A DNA stretch of 64,000 nucleotides from Gemmiger formicilis (GCA_963612735.1 CAVDWX010000092.1:3439-67438); one strand, 5' to 3'. Positions 10,210 to 23,007 are shown, numbered from the stretch's first letter. The notes: generated from the sequence alone by a model not told the origin. Made by a program: numbers and translations.

Positions 10210-12333
10210 TTAAAATTTTGGTTTATATCTTACTAAACGCATATTTAGACTGTCAATATCGAAAATAGTCCTGCTGTATGTAAAAACTCATAATGAGTTA
10301 TCAAAAGTTTTTGATAGTGGTATTCAACTGATAGGATTTGAAAATCCGCTATATTCTGCAATTACTACATCTTTTTGGTCATCATAATCGTCTGGTATAT
10401 CGAACTTAAAGATACATTCGGTAAGTTGATCTCCTTCTTTTTTTTCAATTCTGTCTGTTGTTCATATGTCAATATCTCAATCTTTTTGAAAATTTTTACA
10501 TATAACAGGTTTTAAATATTGTTGATCTGATTCATATTCAAGATTATGTAAGGCCGCATAAAAGAAATTCTGTGAAACATAGGATCATAGACCTATGAAA
10601 GTCTGTCCTTTTTTTTGAAAAAGAGCATTATATGGTTCTCCACCTGAAGAAACATTTGTTTCCATTTGTCCTAAATTTTCATTTCATTTAAACTTACCTG
10701 TTTGGAGTGAATCATAGGTTCAATAATTGCCTACAAAATCATTAATTGTAAAACTCTGTTTCAAACCTTTATTTAAGGTTTGCATTAGTGGACAATAATA
10801 AGGAAAGTAACCAGGTTTTAAAGGACGAATACCTGAATAAAATTTTAAATATGATTGGTATCAACCTTTGTTAGCAGGCAATCATGCATAAGCAAAGCAA
10901 TAGCTCTCTCCGTTTTTACGATATTCATCAGAATTAATATCATCTACTTGTGGTTCAAAATCTTTTTCTTGAATTTGAGTTATTTTAATAATCGGTTCTT
11001 TGACAATCGTACAAAGTAAAGTGAATTTTAAAGAATCAGTACCGTTAGATGGATTTAAAGCACCATTGCCCACTACTACATATTTTGGTGTTGGCTCTTG
11101 AGTATTTTTGTATGTAGCATAACATTTATTATCAAAATTAATAGTTAAGATACGACTTTGAGATTCTAAAATTAGTTTTGATAATAAATAGTCTCGAAGA
11201 CTTTCTTCGCCTTGTATAATATGTTGATTAAGGTTATCTCGACCATGAATAAAATTTTCAAAATTTTCTCTTGGAGAGAGTAATAAAAACTTTCAATTTA
11301 CATCACTAAAGTCTAGTTGAACTTCTAATTTATCCTGAATACCTAAATAATGTCCAAGCTGAATTTGCATAGGAGTACTCCTTTCAGTTGAAATTGTTAC
11401 TCCTGCATTATTAGAAGCACTAAATTTACCTGAGGAATTGAAAGGATCAAATCCTCTAATACATTTTCACGTTCCCGGATCATGAGAACATAACAATAAA
11501 ACATCTTGTTCAACATTAAAATCACTAGAGGTCTGAAAAATATCGGTTGTATAAGAAAATTGATCAGTAGCTTTTAATTTTAACTTATCATCTTCAATAT
11601 TTGCAGTAAAACCTTTTCAATTATCTGCATTTGGGATATCAATAGCTATTCAAACTGGAGAACTTAAATGTCAATCAGTATAATAAAGATTTTGACCTTT
11701 TGAATCTTTATCTCGAATATCACTATAAGTATTTATTTTTTGATCTTCTTTTTCTGTTTTAGTCCAATTAATTAAATTAATTGCTTTTCCTCGTATTTGC
11801 ATAGTACCTCAATTTGATCGTTCGTACAAATTAGGATACAGAATATTAGGTATATTTGTATTTTTATGATATACAGTTCGATTAGCATCGGGAGTAACGT
11901 AATTTCTAGAATATGCATTTTGTAATAAGCTTCTATTCTGCCAACGATAAGTATCTAATCATAAAGTTTTGCTAGCAAATCCTACATCATCAAAGTAATA
12001 AGTGGTACGAATGCTTCCTGATGATGAACCAACAGGCTTTAAAATAAAAACACCATCTTCTTTATACACTATTTGAACAGAACTTCCATTGGCATTTTTA
12101 AATTTTAATAATTCACAAAAGGGATCTTTTGCAGTAATTTCTATTTGGCTTCCTTGACCACTTACAACTGTGATGCTGTTATTTTTTATATCGCTATTAT
12201 CAAAATATCCTTTAAATTCAACTTTTTGAAAAGAGAATGTTTTTTGAATTAAATCAGGCAATTCTTCTTTAGTTTTATTTTCAAACAAATTAGTTGTCTG
12301 TTGATTGTCATAATAAATATACTCATCAGCCAT
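10210..12333 (-). CDS. large hypothetical protein (about 707 aa, many TGA=Trp codons)
   Basis: Single continuous frame from MADEYIYYDNQ... to ...NMRLVRYKPKF when TGA is read through. No recognisable domain. Confidence 0.5.
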
Positions 12334-12345
12334 ATAACTTACCTC

Positions 12346-13692
12346 CTAAATCCCATAAGGATTTATTTGATAGCGACGCAATAAGTCTTCCAACACTGGC
12401 CATGATATCACTAATAACCCATCACGAGCACGAGTCATCGCAACATAAGCCACATTTAAATCTTCGCTATCTTTAATTGCTGTATCAACAACTACTACAT
12501 TATCATATTCCAAACCTTTTGCTTGGTGAATAGTTGTTGTATTAATCCAACCTAATTCTTGTATACCCTTAACTTGTTTATTGGTTCTACATAAAATCAT
12601 TGGATTGGTTTGTTTTAAAAAATCGTATACTGCTTGAATTGGTTGTTGTAACATTACCACTTGGTTACCATTCACTATCTCCCAACCATTTCTAAAAGGG
12701 TCTATTACTATTACTCGACCGCCTTCTCCGCGATAACAATGAACAGATGAGTAATTACAAAAATCATGTTGTGCGATATAACAATCCCCCCATAGATTAT
12801 TATTTAATTCCTCATAAACGGTAGTAGCATAGTTAATAATTTCTTGATAGCTACGATAATTATATTTTAACTTATAAATGTCAAAGCCTTCTCCAAGTTT
12901 ATTAAATACTTCACCATCAGCCCCGCGGAATTCGTAGATAGATTGCCAACTATCTCCAATAAAGAACTTTTTCTTCGCAAGCACTTTTTCAAATATCTTG
13001 AACTGCACAGAGTCAACATCTTGAAATTCGTCAACAAAAAGAGCGTCAATAGTTGTAATATCTTCCTTGTAAGCCTCTAACATATTATATAAATATAAAG
13101 GATAATCAGTAAAATCATATAAACCATTATTTCTTTTATACATAATATAACGTTCTTCTAATGCATTTAATGTGCGGCGAAAATTATCGGTAATATCCAT
13201 TTTCTTACTACCAGTAATATAAGTATACAATATACCAATATTAACTGATTTCACACGAGCAGTACGTAAATAATTTTCTACTATAAATTCTAGTATACTT
13301 TTAATTTGATTTTCTTGAAGCACTTCTACGGCAAAATGATATTTTCTACCTAAAGCTTCAAGTAAGTTCCGACTCCAAACGTGAATAGTAGTAACCTCTA
13401 CATCAAACACGCCCATTTCTTGAAGTCGTTGTTCCATTTCAGCGCGAGCCGCACGTGTAAAAGTAATAGCACAAATGCGGTCTGCCAAGTTTTCATATCT
13501 ATAATTTGCAACGGCGGAAATTAACGACCGTGTTTTCCCCGACCCCGCGGGCGCTTTAATTAATATATTTGCTCCATCACTTTGAACTGCGGCACTTTGA
13601 CTATCATCTAACTTAGCCAAATTTTCTTGCAGATGCTGTTCAAAGTTGATGTCATTATTTCTTTTTAATGTTAGTTCTTTGTTCATCTGCAT
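12346..13692 (-). CDS. UvrD/Rep/PcrA-family DNA helicase
   Basis: Motif I APAGSGKT and motif Ia ITFTRAARAEM. Confidence 0.75.
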   Translation of the reverse strand: MQMNKELTLKRNNDINFEQHLQENLAKLDDSQSAAVQSDGANILIKAPAGSGKTRSLISAVANYRYENLADRICAITFTRAARAEMEQRLQEMGVFDVEVTTIHVWSRNLLEALGRKYHFAVEVLQENQIKSILEFIVENYLRTARVKSVNIGILYTYITGSKKMDITDNFRRTLNALEERYIMYKRNNGLYDFTDYPLYLYNMLEAYKEDITTIDALFVDEFQDVDSVQFKIFEKVLAKKKFFIGDSWQSIYEFRGADGEVFNKLGEGFDIYKLKYNYRSYQEIINYATTVYEELNNNLWGDCYIAQHDFCNYSSVHCYRGEGGRVIVIDPFRNGWEIVNGNQVVMLQQPIQAVYDFLKQTNPMILCRTNKQVKGIQELGWINTTTIHQAKGLEYDNVVVVDTAIKDSEDLNVAYVAMTRARDGLLVISWPVLEDLLRRYQINPYGI

Positions 13693-13704
13693 CCTTCCAT
13701 TTCT

Positions 13705-14247
13705 TTACCTTCTTCTTATTTCTTTAATTTTTTCTTCATACTCTCTTTTTATTTTATCCAACTTTGGATCGGTTTGCAAATACGCCGCCAAAAAATCTGC
13801 CGCCGCAGTACAGTCAATTAAATCCGTTTGGCTGTCTTCTTCGCTATAAAATGGTTTAGTAAAATACTTGTCTAATATTGGGTCACTTACTTCAGTAGCC
13901 ACTTCGTCAATTTTATCAAGCCATAAGTCTTTATAAGGCAAAGCCTCGATGTTATCTTGAAAAGTGAAAACAGCATCAAATTTATATTTCTTCGGCAAAT
14001 TACCAAAAATAATTAAATCTTCATCTGCGCCGCAACTTTCGTAAACTTTTTCTGTTACCATTAAAGTTTCAAAATAAGCTTCAAATGGAGTAAGATTAGT
14101 TTTAATGGCTTTTAAATATGAACTATACATATTCATACCAAACACTTTTTCTTTTACTTCATGCGGCAACTTACTATAAATTGCATAAGTTATATCTTCA
14201 TGTGTGTCATAGACTGGCATTAACACTAATATCTTCATTTTAATCAA
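13705..14247 (-). CDS. hypothetical protein
   Basis: Intact 180-aa ORF packed between helicase and RNase H. Confidence 0.45.
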   Translation of the reverse strand: MIKMKILVLMPVYDTHEDITYAIYSKLPHEVKEKVFGMNMYSSYLKAIKTNLTPFEAYFETLMVTEKVYESCGADEDLIIFGNLPKKYKFDAVFTFQDNIEALPYKDLWLDKIDEVATEVSDPILDKYFTKPFYSEEDSQTDLIDCTAAADFLAAYLQTDPKLDKIKREYEEKIKEIRRR

Positions 14248-14734
14248 GCACCTCTAATCTTTTTCTATTTTTTTGGGCAAGCAAATCTGCATAATTATTC
14301 CATTTTTCATCGTCTGTTAAATTGGTTTTACCATGTGCCTTAACTTTACTAATTTCAAAGCGGAAAAATTTGCCCTTCAACTTAATATAAAGTGCAATAA
14401 TGCGACGCCATAAATCTTGATTCTTGACTTCTTGGCGATCCGCAGTGCGCCAACCGTTTTGCATCCAACGTTGATACCAACCTTCGGCAAAGCAGTTGGA
14501 GATATAAGCACTATCAACATAAATAGTAATATCCACATGATGAGAAACGATGGTGTCGATATTTTCCAAAGCGCTTAAAAATGCCATTAATTCCATTCGA
14601 TTGTTAGTTGAGTATGGCTCATATCCTTGTTGAGTATCAATAATTTCGCCATCTTCGACACAAATCGCGGCCCAACCACCCATCATGGTTTTAGAACTAA
14701 ACGCTCCATCTGTATAAAATTTTAATGTTCGCAT
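14240..14734 (-). CDS. rnhA: ribonuclease HI
   Basis: YTDGAFSS...TNNRMELMA...VDSAYISNC...DLW match RNase H1 catalytic motifs. Confidence 0.8.
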   Translation of the reverse strand: MRTLKFYTDGAFSSKTMMGGWAAICVEDGEIIDTQQGYEPYSTNNRMELMAFLSALENIDTIVSHHVDITIYVDSAYISNCFAEGWYQRWMQNGWRTADRQEVKNQDLWRRIIALYIKLKGKFFRFEISKVKAHGKTNLTDDEKWNNYADLLAQKNRKRLEVLD

Positions 14735-15252
14735 ACTTCAATTCCTTCCACAGAATTGTTAGGGTCTTCATGAACTAAACCAAACTTTAAATAAGTTTCA
14801 TTTTGGAAATAGCCTCGCACTATAATATTAAATTTATTAATCTTAGTTTGATAGTTAATTGCATTTTTAAGCCAATTTAATGGCATATATACCTGTTCTT
14901 TTAATGAAATTGGCACATCTAAACGAGATTCACGGTCACGTTTGTTTTCAGCATCAATTAAATGATTAAAAATGATAGAAATAATTTGTTGCCCAAAACT
15001 AACAAAATCATCTACTAAAATTTCACCATCATCATAAGATATATCTTCACAATTTAATTTAATATTAAAGATAGTCGGTACATCATCTTCTAAATTTGCA
15101 AAAAGAGGTTGTAATCCATCTGTTAATTTCGCACGAAATTGACTTAGCGGCATATCTAAATCGGCATTAGAAATATTGATTACACAGTTAGGCACATGTA
15201 CAAAATCCGCCGTTTGTTCCACTTTTAGTTTATCTAAATCTAAATATTCCAT
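14722..15252 (-). CDS. hypothetical protein
   Basis: Intact 176-aa ORF. Confidence 0.4.
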   Translation of the reverse strand: MEYLDLDKLKVEQTADFVHVPNCVINISNADLDMPLSQFRAKLTDGLQPLFANLEDDVPTIFNIKLNCEDISYDDGEILVDDFVSFGQQIISIIFNHLIDAENKRDRESRLDVPISLKEQVYMPLNWLKNAINYQTKINKFNIIVRGYFQNETYLKFGLVHEDPNNSVEGIEVCEH

Positions 15253-15255
15253 ATA

Positions 15256-15891
15256 TTAATCCTCCTCTCCTTTCTCTTGTTCTTCTAATTTACGAAGCAC
15301 AGTAAAAATACTGACTTCATTCCATACATCGTTGTATGCATTATGAGCATTATGCAAGTAATAACCAAATTGACTCGCCAAGTCATTAGCGCTCACATGG
15401 TCATTGCGGTTCAAAATGCGCTTAGCATTATTAAAAGTGCAATAACCATCAATGGGCTTCCACGCACCATTTTCATCGGCATATTGAGACAAGTTGATCC
15501 CATTACGATTTAAAACCAAGCGGTCATTTCTTAACCCATGACTAATAATCATAATATCTTTCATAGGAATATCGCCTAGTACATCTTCAAAAACTAAAGT
15601 CTTTAACGACGAAAGCGGAATCCCATTTTCATTTAAAAAGGAATTACTAATTCCAGTATATTCGGTAAAAGGATATCCCACTTTAGCGCATACATATTGG
15701 TTAATTGAAGTTTGTAATTGATAACTCCCATCTGTATCAATGCGTTTAAATAGTAAACCTGCAAACTGAATAAGATGATTATTGTCAAATTCAATATCAA
15801 TAAAAAGTAAGTATGGATGATTTTCATTGTAACACTTAATAATCATAATCAAAATCTTCCTTTCTAATTTTATTCTATTATAGTATAACAA
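15256..15891 (-). CDS. DEDD-family 3'-5' exonuclease
   Basis: FIDIEFDN (Exo I-like) and HNAHNAYNDV (Exo III HxAxxD). Confidence 0.55.
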   Translation of the reverse strand: MLYYNRIKLERKILIMIIKCYNENHPYLLFIDIEFDNNHLIQFAGLLFKRIDTDGSYQLQTSINQYVCAKVGYPFTEYTGISNSFLNENGIPLSSLKTLVFEDVLGDIPMKDIMIISHGLRNDRLVLNRNGINLSQYADENGAWKPIDGYCTFNNAKRILNRNDHVSANDLASQFGYYLHNAHNAYNDVWNEVSIFTVLRKLEEQEKGEED

Positions 15892-15910
15892 ATAATTTTC
15901 ATTTTGTCAA
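15882..15910 (-). promoter_or_regulatory. sigma70 promoter (TTGACA-17-TATACT)
   Basis: cttgacaaaatgaaaattatttgttatact on the minus strand. Confidence 0.6.
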
Positions 15911-15980
15911 TAAGAGAAATTGAAATTTTGAAAATTTTAAAGTAAATTATTATATATAGTGAAGTTTAAGCTTGTTAAAA

Positions 15981-16009
15981 TTGACAGCGGAAAAATTATT
16001 TATTATACT
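15981..16009 (+). promoter_or_regulatory. sigma70 promoter for the plus-strand tail-fibre block
   Basis: TTGACAgcggaaaaattatttatTATACT, followed by RBS aggaggaagg and the ATG at 16062. Confidence 0.6.
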
Positions 16010-16061
16010 ATTATGAACAATAGAAGGAAAAAGAAAAATTTTCTTCTTAGGAGGAAGGCAA

Positions 16062-18845
16062 ATGATTACAATGATTAAGCAAACAAGCAATACTAAAAAG
16101 CTTTCCAATTTTCGTATTTCAACTTATGATGCGAAAATCACCACACCTGATAAAAAAACTGTAGAAATCATATATAATTCCTACGGTGTGCCAAATTTAT
16201 CTGCGGTTGACTTAGGTCTTTACGGAGACCGCAACGTTACGATATTAAAACTTAATTTCAAAGATTTATTATGGAATACGGCAGATGCAACAAATTATCA
16301 GATTAGTTTATTTGTGGATGGAAATAAAGTAGACACTTTTTTTGAAATGGATAATACATATCCTATCGTAACTTATCCTATTGATACAACTTCTCTGACT
16401 GTTGGAACTCATGAATTTGCAGTTTCAATTATGGAAAAGAGTAAAACGAGCGGTTCAAATATTGATATTAATCAAGAAGTATACTTATGCCGTTCTTTTA
16501 ATGGTACGGTTAATGCTAGTGATTTTTATGAAGCAGCCAATACTTTTGATTTTGTTGGCATTTCAAATAAAGGTTTACGTAGACATCAAATAGAAGTAAT
16601 GCTTGCAGATGATGGACAATTTGCATTAAAACAAGCAATAACAAGTGATGAGCAATTTAGCACTGATTTGGGTATGCAATATGACCGTTTTGTTAGTTAC
16701 ATCTGTTTTAATGAATCAAGTGATATCACTGGAAAGGTAACAAATTTAGATAAGTATATTGTTTTTCAAAATTTAGCTTTAAGCACCAATTACTATGTTA
16801 AACTTAATACAACTAGCGGCCATCAACATGAAACAGAAGATACTTTAACAGCATGAGTACCCGCAGAAGTTACGGAAGTTGCCGGAGCTTGAACTATTTA
16901 TTTTGTAGGAGTAAATGAAGACGAGTCAATTAGATTTGTAAGCCGCAGCATCTCATTAACAGTGTTGCCAACAACAATTCCATATGCCGAAGTAAATCCA
17001 GAGCGCGGCATCAATATTCCTGTTACGTTTGAATTATCGTTTTATTACGTATCAACTTCAACAAAAGTCGTCGAAGCTTGTGCCATTTTAAAAGATGAGT
17101 CTTTAAGCGCACTAGCAGAGATTACTAACACAGAGAAAGAAGTTTACTTACGACAAGGTGAAACATATATTCTTGAATTATATCCAGAAGGTGAATGAAG
17201 CTATCAAGGAGGTAAAGTAATCCGAGAATCTAGAATTATTTATACTGTGCCTAAAGACGCAACTGCAGATACTTTTACTGGAACATATGAAATAACCGCT
17301 GAACCACCAATTCAAGAACTAATGATTACACCTACTGAAGAAGACCAAGTTTTTAACAAAGAAGGAATTGATGGTTATAAACCAGTAAATGTTTCAGCAA
17401 TTCAAACAGAAACTCCAAGTGTTGATTTATCTCTTGCAAGTGGAAATCAAACAGTGAATGCTACTAGTGGAAAATATATAAAATCTCTTACTATTAACAA
17501 ACCTAGTACTTTAATTGCAGCAAATATTAAGAAAAGCGTGGTTATTGCAGGAATAACGGGTACTTATGAGTTTAAAACACAAAATAAAACTTTTACACCA
17601 ACTCAAACAGGAGGTTCAGTCAGTGCTGATAGTGGTTATGACGGTTTAGGTGTAGTCGCTGTTAACCCCGTACCACTTAGTAATAAAACAGATGTTTCTT
17701 TAAACTTCTATAATCAAAGTGCTGGAACAATTGCAGATAGTCAAAATATCTATTCTGACGCAAATAAATTCATGACTTGGGCAAGTGTTATTCGTCCTGA
17801 AACTTTGATTGCTGAAAATATTAAAAAAGATATTATAATAGCAGGAATTACAGGAACATTAGTAGGAGAAGATTTACCAGTTTATACAGGATTATTAAGA
17901 TTTAGTACAGCACCTACAATTAGTTTAAGTGGATCAACATTAAGTTGGGAAGCGATAGAGGGAGCAACAAGCTATGATATTTACAAAGACAATGCTCTAT
18001 TAAGCAATGTAACTACAACAAGTGTAGATTTAAGTACGCTAATTACAACAGCTGGCACTTATGCAATTACAGTTAAAGCCAAAGCAAGTAACTATGCTGA
18101 TAGTGAAGCAAGTAATAGTGTTAACTATGTGGTTCCATCAGCGTATAACGTAGTATTACCAAAAGCATATACCAATACTAATGTTTATTGTGCCTATTCA
18201 ATAGATGATGGTGTAACTTGGGTTGAAATGAAAACTGCTACTACAATACAAACTACACAAATTAAATTTAAAAATGTAGGGAACTCGAGCTATCACTATT
18301 CTTTATATTCAACATTGTTAGGAATGACATTATATTATGGCAAAACTTCTCAAAATTACATATTAACTCAAGATATTACAGATATTCAAGTTGATTACTA
18401 CGTTACTTGTTTAACAGGAGATACTCTAATTACAATGGCAGATAATTCACAAAAACAAATTAAAAACGTACAAATTGGCGATTGTGTACTTTCTTTAAAT
18501 GAAAACGGGGAAAAGGTAAGTAGTAAAGTTTATTATTCTGATGCAAATGAATATAAGACAGCATCTTATTATGACTTATTTATATTCTCTGATGGTACGG
18601 AAATCAAAGTAGTTAGAAGGCATAGATTTTATAACAATAGAACGCAAAGTTTTATTCACTTAGATGAATTTGAAGTTGGCGATAAAACTTATAAAGAAGA
18701 TGGAACTTGGGTTGCACTAATAGATAAAAAATACAAAGCAGAAGCAGGAGTTATTCGACATTTTACTATCTTCTGTGAACATAATACATACTTTGCAAAT
18801 GGTTTACTTGCAGGCAATAAATATAGTGATAAATTAATTTTATAA
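16062..18845 (+). CDS. tail fibre-like protein (about 927 aa) with C-terminal intein/Hint module
   Basis: Four ORF pieces share one frame across TGAs. Residues about 785-910, CLTGDTLITMADN...IFCEHN, form a mini-intein-like Hint module ending HN followed by T. Confidence 0.6.
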
Positions 18846-18860
18846 AGAGGTTTAAAGAAT

Positions 18861-19232
18861 ATGAAAATTAAAAAAGGTACAAACAGATTAGTTTTTATTT
18901 TCAAGAATTATGTAATAAAAATTGGTTTAACTAAAAGAGGCTATTTAGCAAATTATGTTGAATGGGTAAATTACTTAAACAACAAAGAAATAGTAGCCGA
19001 AACTAAATTCTTTAAATTCTTTGGTATTTTAAAGCAAGAAAAACTAACTAATATAAAATGTTTTTCACACAAAGCAACTATTGAAGAAATTCCCCAAGAA
19101 GTAAAACACTTGTATAAATATTGTCTTCATAGTCGTATGCAAGTAGGTCAAGATAAAAATGGTAAATGGAAGTATTATGATTATGAGGATATTAAATACT
19201 ATTTTAGAAAAGAATATGAAGAAGAAAATTAA
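18861..19232 (+). CDS. hypothetical protein (possible tail fibre assembly/chaperone)
   Basis: Intact ORF with RBS, sitting between two fibre genes. Confidence 0.4.
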   Translation: MKIKKGTNRLVFIFKNYVIKIGLTKRGYLANYVEWVNYLNNKEIVAETKFFKFFGILKQEKLTNIKCFSHKATIEEIPQEVKHLYKYCLHSRMQVGQDKNGKWKYYDYEDIKYYFRKEYEEEN

Positions 19233-19261
19233 GGAAAATAAAAAGAAAGGAGAAGTAATTT

Positions 19262-19735
19262 ATGGCAAATTATAGTTCAAATATAAATTTTGATAGTCAT
19301 ATAACAAAAATGACATATACGCTAGATGGTGAAACTACAAGTGTAACTACTTCACCATTTGAAATATTTAATGCGTTAGATATTCAAACTGCGAATGTAA
19401 TAGTTGAATTAGAAGATGGATATATTTTAAACACTGTCACTAATGGGATAAAGACTAGCAATACCAGTTTTACTGCTAATTTAGCTCTAGACAGCACAAG
19501 TGGTGGAAGGGGGCCGAACACTATCACTGTTACTTCAAAGCAAATAACGGAAAATTTAGAAATAAATATAACTGAAAATGGAACAACTACTCTTGCAACA
19601 AAAGGAACGAAAAACGTTGTAGATATAGACATTAATGTAAATATACCAACATATATTACCGTAGCAAGCGAAGATGACCTCCCAACCACAGCGGCGGAAG
19701 GTATGATTGCAATAGTAATTGAAGAAGGAGTGTAA
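19262..19735 (+). CDS. hypothetical structural protein
   Basis: Intact ORF with RBS aaggagaag. Confidence 0.4.
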   Translation: MANYSSNINFDSHITKMTYTLDGETTSVTTSPFEIFNALDIQTANVIVELEDGYILNTVTNGIKTSNTSFTANLALDSTSGGRGPNTITVTSKQITENLEINITENGTTTLATKGTKNVVDIDINVNIPTYITVASEDDLPTTAAEGMIAIVIEEGV

Positions 19736-19738
19736 TTT

Positions 19739-20944
19739 ATGAGTATTACATCTGTTTATAAATACACGAACGATAGTTGAGTAAAACTAAAAGCCTTTCA
19801 AGCAACTAGTGATGGAAATTGAAATCAAGTTAGTTCTACTACTACTCCTATAACTAGTACCGTTGATGCCTTTTTAGTAGATAGCGCTACAAATTATGCC
19901 TACTTTACCACTATGCTTGGAGGCGGCAATGGCACTTATACTGCAACCACAACTCTTGGTTCCGTAAGCATTGAAGGCAATGTCTTAGAATTATATGTTT
20001 ACTCTGCCGGAAGTGGTACTTGTACAATTACTTCAGGTGAAGCAACATTAGAAATTCCAATATATGTCGGATATATTGAATGCTTAGTAAAAGATACTCT
20101 AATTACTATGTGAGATCGCACGCAAAAGCCAATTCAAGATATTCGAAATGGCGATTATGTGCTTTCATTAAATGAAAAAGGTGAGGAAGTACCTGGATAC
20201 GTCTATTACGCAGATGGCGATCAATGCAAGACAGGTCAACATTATGACCAATTTACCTTCTCGGATGGCACTGTTGTGAAAGTTGTTCATCGTCATAGGT
20301 TTTACAACAATTTTGATAGAACATTTACTCATCTGGATAATTTTTATATCGGAGATAAATGTTATAAACAAGACGGGACTTGGGTTACTTTGGTAGGAAA
20401 AATTGATCGTGCCGAAGAAGGTATTATTCCTCATTATACAATTTTCTGTAATAATAATACATATTTTGCTAATGGGCTACTTTGCGGTAATCGTTTTAGT
20501 AAAAAGGTAAAATTGATTGATCCAACCATTCCGGCTGAACCTACTTATAGTTGACAACCAGTGGCACGAAAATTTCCAGATGACTTTAAAGTATCAAAAA
20601 TTTGAGTAGACAGTAAAGATAAAGATATTTATATTGAAAAGAACGGTCAAGCGATTAATTATATTCAAACTGACAACAATGAAGCCAAAATGTTTTTATA
20701 TCAATATAATGGTGAAAAAGATTATCATAATATTACTTTAGAAGAATTAGATACAAACGCTGAATTGGTATTAGAAATTACTGAATATGACACGCAATAT
20801 GATATAACCAATTTAATTTATAATTATATTTTATATTATGAATACAAAATAGACCGCATTTCTCCAATAGCAACAATAAGTATTGAGAATGCGGGGGGGG
20901 TGTCAACATTGAGATGAGGAGGCAGCAGTCCTTTAGGAAAATAA
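19739..20944 (+). CDS. tail fibre-like protein with internal intein/Hint module (about 401 aa)
   Basis: Single frame through TGAs. Hint module CLVKDTLITMWDRTQ...IFCNNN, then conserved TYFANGLLCGNRFSKK (paralogous to the C-terminus of 16062..18845), then a further 120-aa C-terminal region. Confidence 0.55.
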
Positions 20945-21015
20945 GTTCAAGGACAATAGAAATAATGTCTCACTTTATATATTATGCAAATTAATTAATT
21001 GGAGGTAATTGACAA

Positions 21016-22185
21016 ATGGCAATTATTGTAAGAAAAAACAAAGCGACGGTACAAGCCGTTAAACCAATTGCCTTATCAAGTGTAATGACTTTTAGCAATA
21101 CTTTTGACCCTACAGATTCAATTAAACCAGCAATTGAAATCAAAATTGGGGTCGATGGACATGCTACTAACAAAGATGGCTCTGCTTTAGGTACACTTGA
21201 TTTAGGCGTTCAAGGAGAACATCACGTTAAGTGAATGAAGATTGATTTAACCAGTCTTCGTTGAGGTTCAAACTCAAATCCTAATTACATATATAAATTA
21301 ATCTTTGAAAGCACAACTGAACCTGCAATTCATTTTGAATACCCGTTCGAATGTGACCAAACAGGTGGCACTTTCAAAATTCCTTCAACCATTACTAAAT
21401 ATGCTCATATATATCGTATTGCATTGGTAATTGTAGAAGAAGCAAAAACTACTGGTAACGTATCATCTCATACTGAAATATTTAGTAGTTATTCGTGAGA
21501 AGGAGCGGTTAAAAGTTCATTCTATGACTTAAATGCAATCAAACGTGCCTTATCATTAGACACCGACCAACTTCAAGGTTTAACTAAATCAGTTATCGAA
21601 GTTGCACTTGGAGATAATGAGAAAACAGAAGTCATAAGAGATATTAGCGGCAACAATTTTGCTTACTTGATAGGCGGAGAGTTATCTCTAACTCCACGTT
21701 CAATTGGTGTCCGCAACGACCATTTTATCCGCTACTTCAAATTAAATTCTGCATACCTAAGCAACAAGCTCACCGAGTTCGATTTATACTTATGCTTTGA
21801 AAAAGACGGATATGTTTATGCCACTCAATTCCAAGAAGTGCCACATAGTGATGATGGCAAGGATGACTATGACGCAGAAGCACCTTGAATTGCATGGGTT
21901 CATCCTGCAGTTTATCGTTCTGCCGGGGATTGGAATATGTGCGTAGTTGCAACGACTGAAGATTTAACTACTGAAAATGATTATGCTACCGGAGACTTCT
22001 ACCGCTTCATATCATCAACTTTAGTCGGCATTATTGATAATAGTGGTCTTCGCTATCGTGGACAAGATACAGATTCAGCAACTGATGATACATATTTAAT
22101 GTCTAATGACGAAAAAGCTCTTCAAAGTAATGATGGGTATGTTATAGATGCGGCAAAAATTGGCAGCACGGAGGAAGATTGGTAA
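21016..22185 (+). CDS. hypothetical tail/baseplate protein (about 389 aa)
   Basis: Three ORF pieces in one frame through TGA codons. Confidence 0.45.
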
Positions 22186-23000
22186 TGGCAAAATACGTAA
22201 TTAAAGATTTATCGGCAAAGCAAATTGAGCAAGTGTTAGTAACATCTTATCATGCATTAAGCAAGCCACTTCTTATTTATCCATCTGTTGATGCGCTTAA
22301 AGAGCATGTCGAATTAGAATTGAATACTAGCACTAATATTCACAAACTTAAACAAATTTCATCTGCGGACGGCAACGTCGTAATTCCATATGAAGAATGT
22401 CATGTGGGCGATTCACTTTTCGTTTTAAGTGGTATTCAATTAGACGAATATAAATTAGCAAGAAAAAACCCACCTGTTGACTTACCAATTATAGGCACAG
22501 ATGAAACAGATGGTTTCTTATATCTAATATGTAGCACTTCATTAAGCATCGCCGCAGGAATTGCACTTAATGATAACACATTTGAATTTCCGGAAGAATT
22601 AAAAAAGACTGCGAGTATTCTTAAATATTCAGAAACTTCAGGATTCTTCAAGTTCTTAGGTAAGCTACATGATTTAATTCTAGATGGCACAATGCTTCGT
22701 AATACTACTTATTATGGGGCAATAGATTGAGAAGAAGAATATATGCCGACAATTTATCCATATATTTATAGAGATGTGGAAAACACTGAAGCAGTGCATT
22801 TGGGAAATGCCGAATTAGCTGTCCACGTTCTATATAATTGAGGAATAGTAATGGAAATGACTTCATTCTGCGCACCTACTAAGGCGGCACGTACTTGGAT
22901 GATGACTTTACCATTCGGTTTAATGACTGAAAACCCAGACACTATGGAACCTTATCATTGGACAGGAACTGCCGAAGTTGGCAGATTAGTTTGTAATTAA
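22179..23000 (+). CDS. hypothetical structural protein (about 273 aa)
   Basis: ORF 22179..22730 continues through TGA to the TAA at 23000. Confidence 0.45.
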
Positions 23001-23007
23001 AGAAAAA

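Noticed and set aside
3864-12333. Interpreting the many short adjacent same-strand ORFs (GIY-YIG pieces, permease pieces, the 2.1-kb gene pieces) as pseudogenes or frameshifted remnants
   Set aside because: All pieces are in the same frame and separated only by TGA, and the joined products align collinearly to full-length homologs. This is sense-codon reassignment, not decay.
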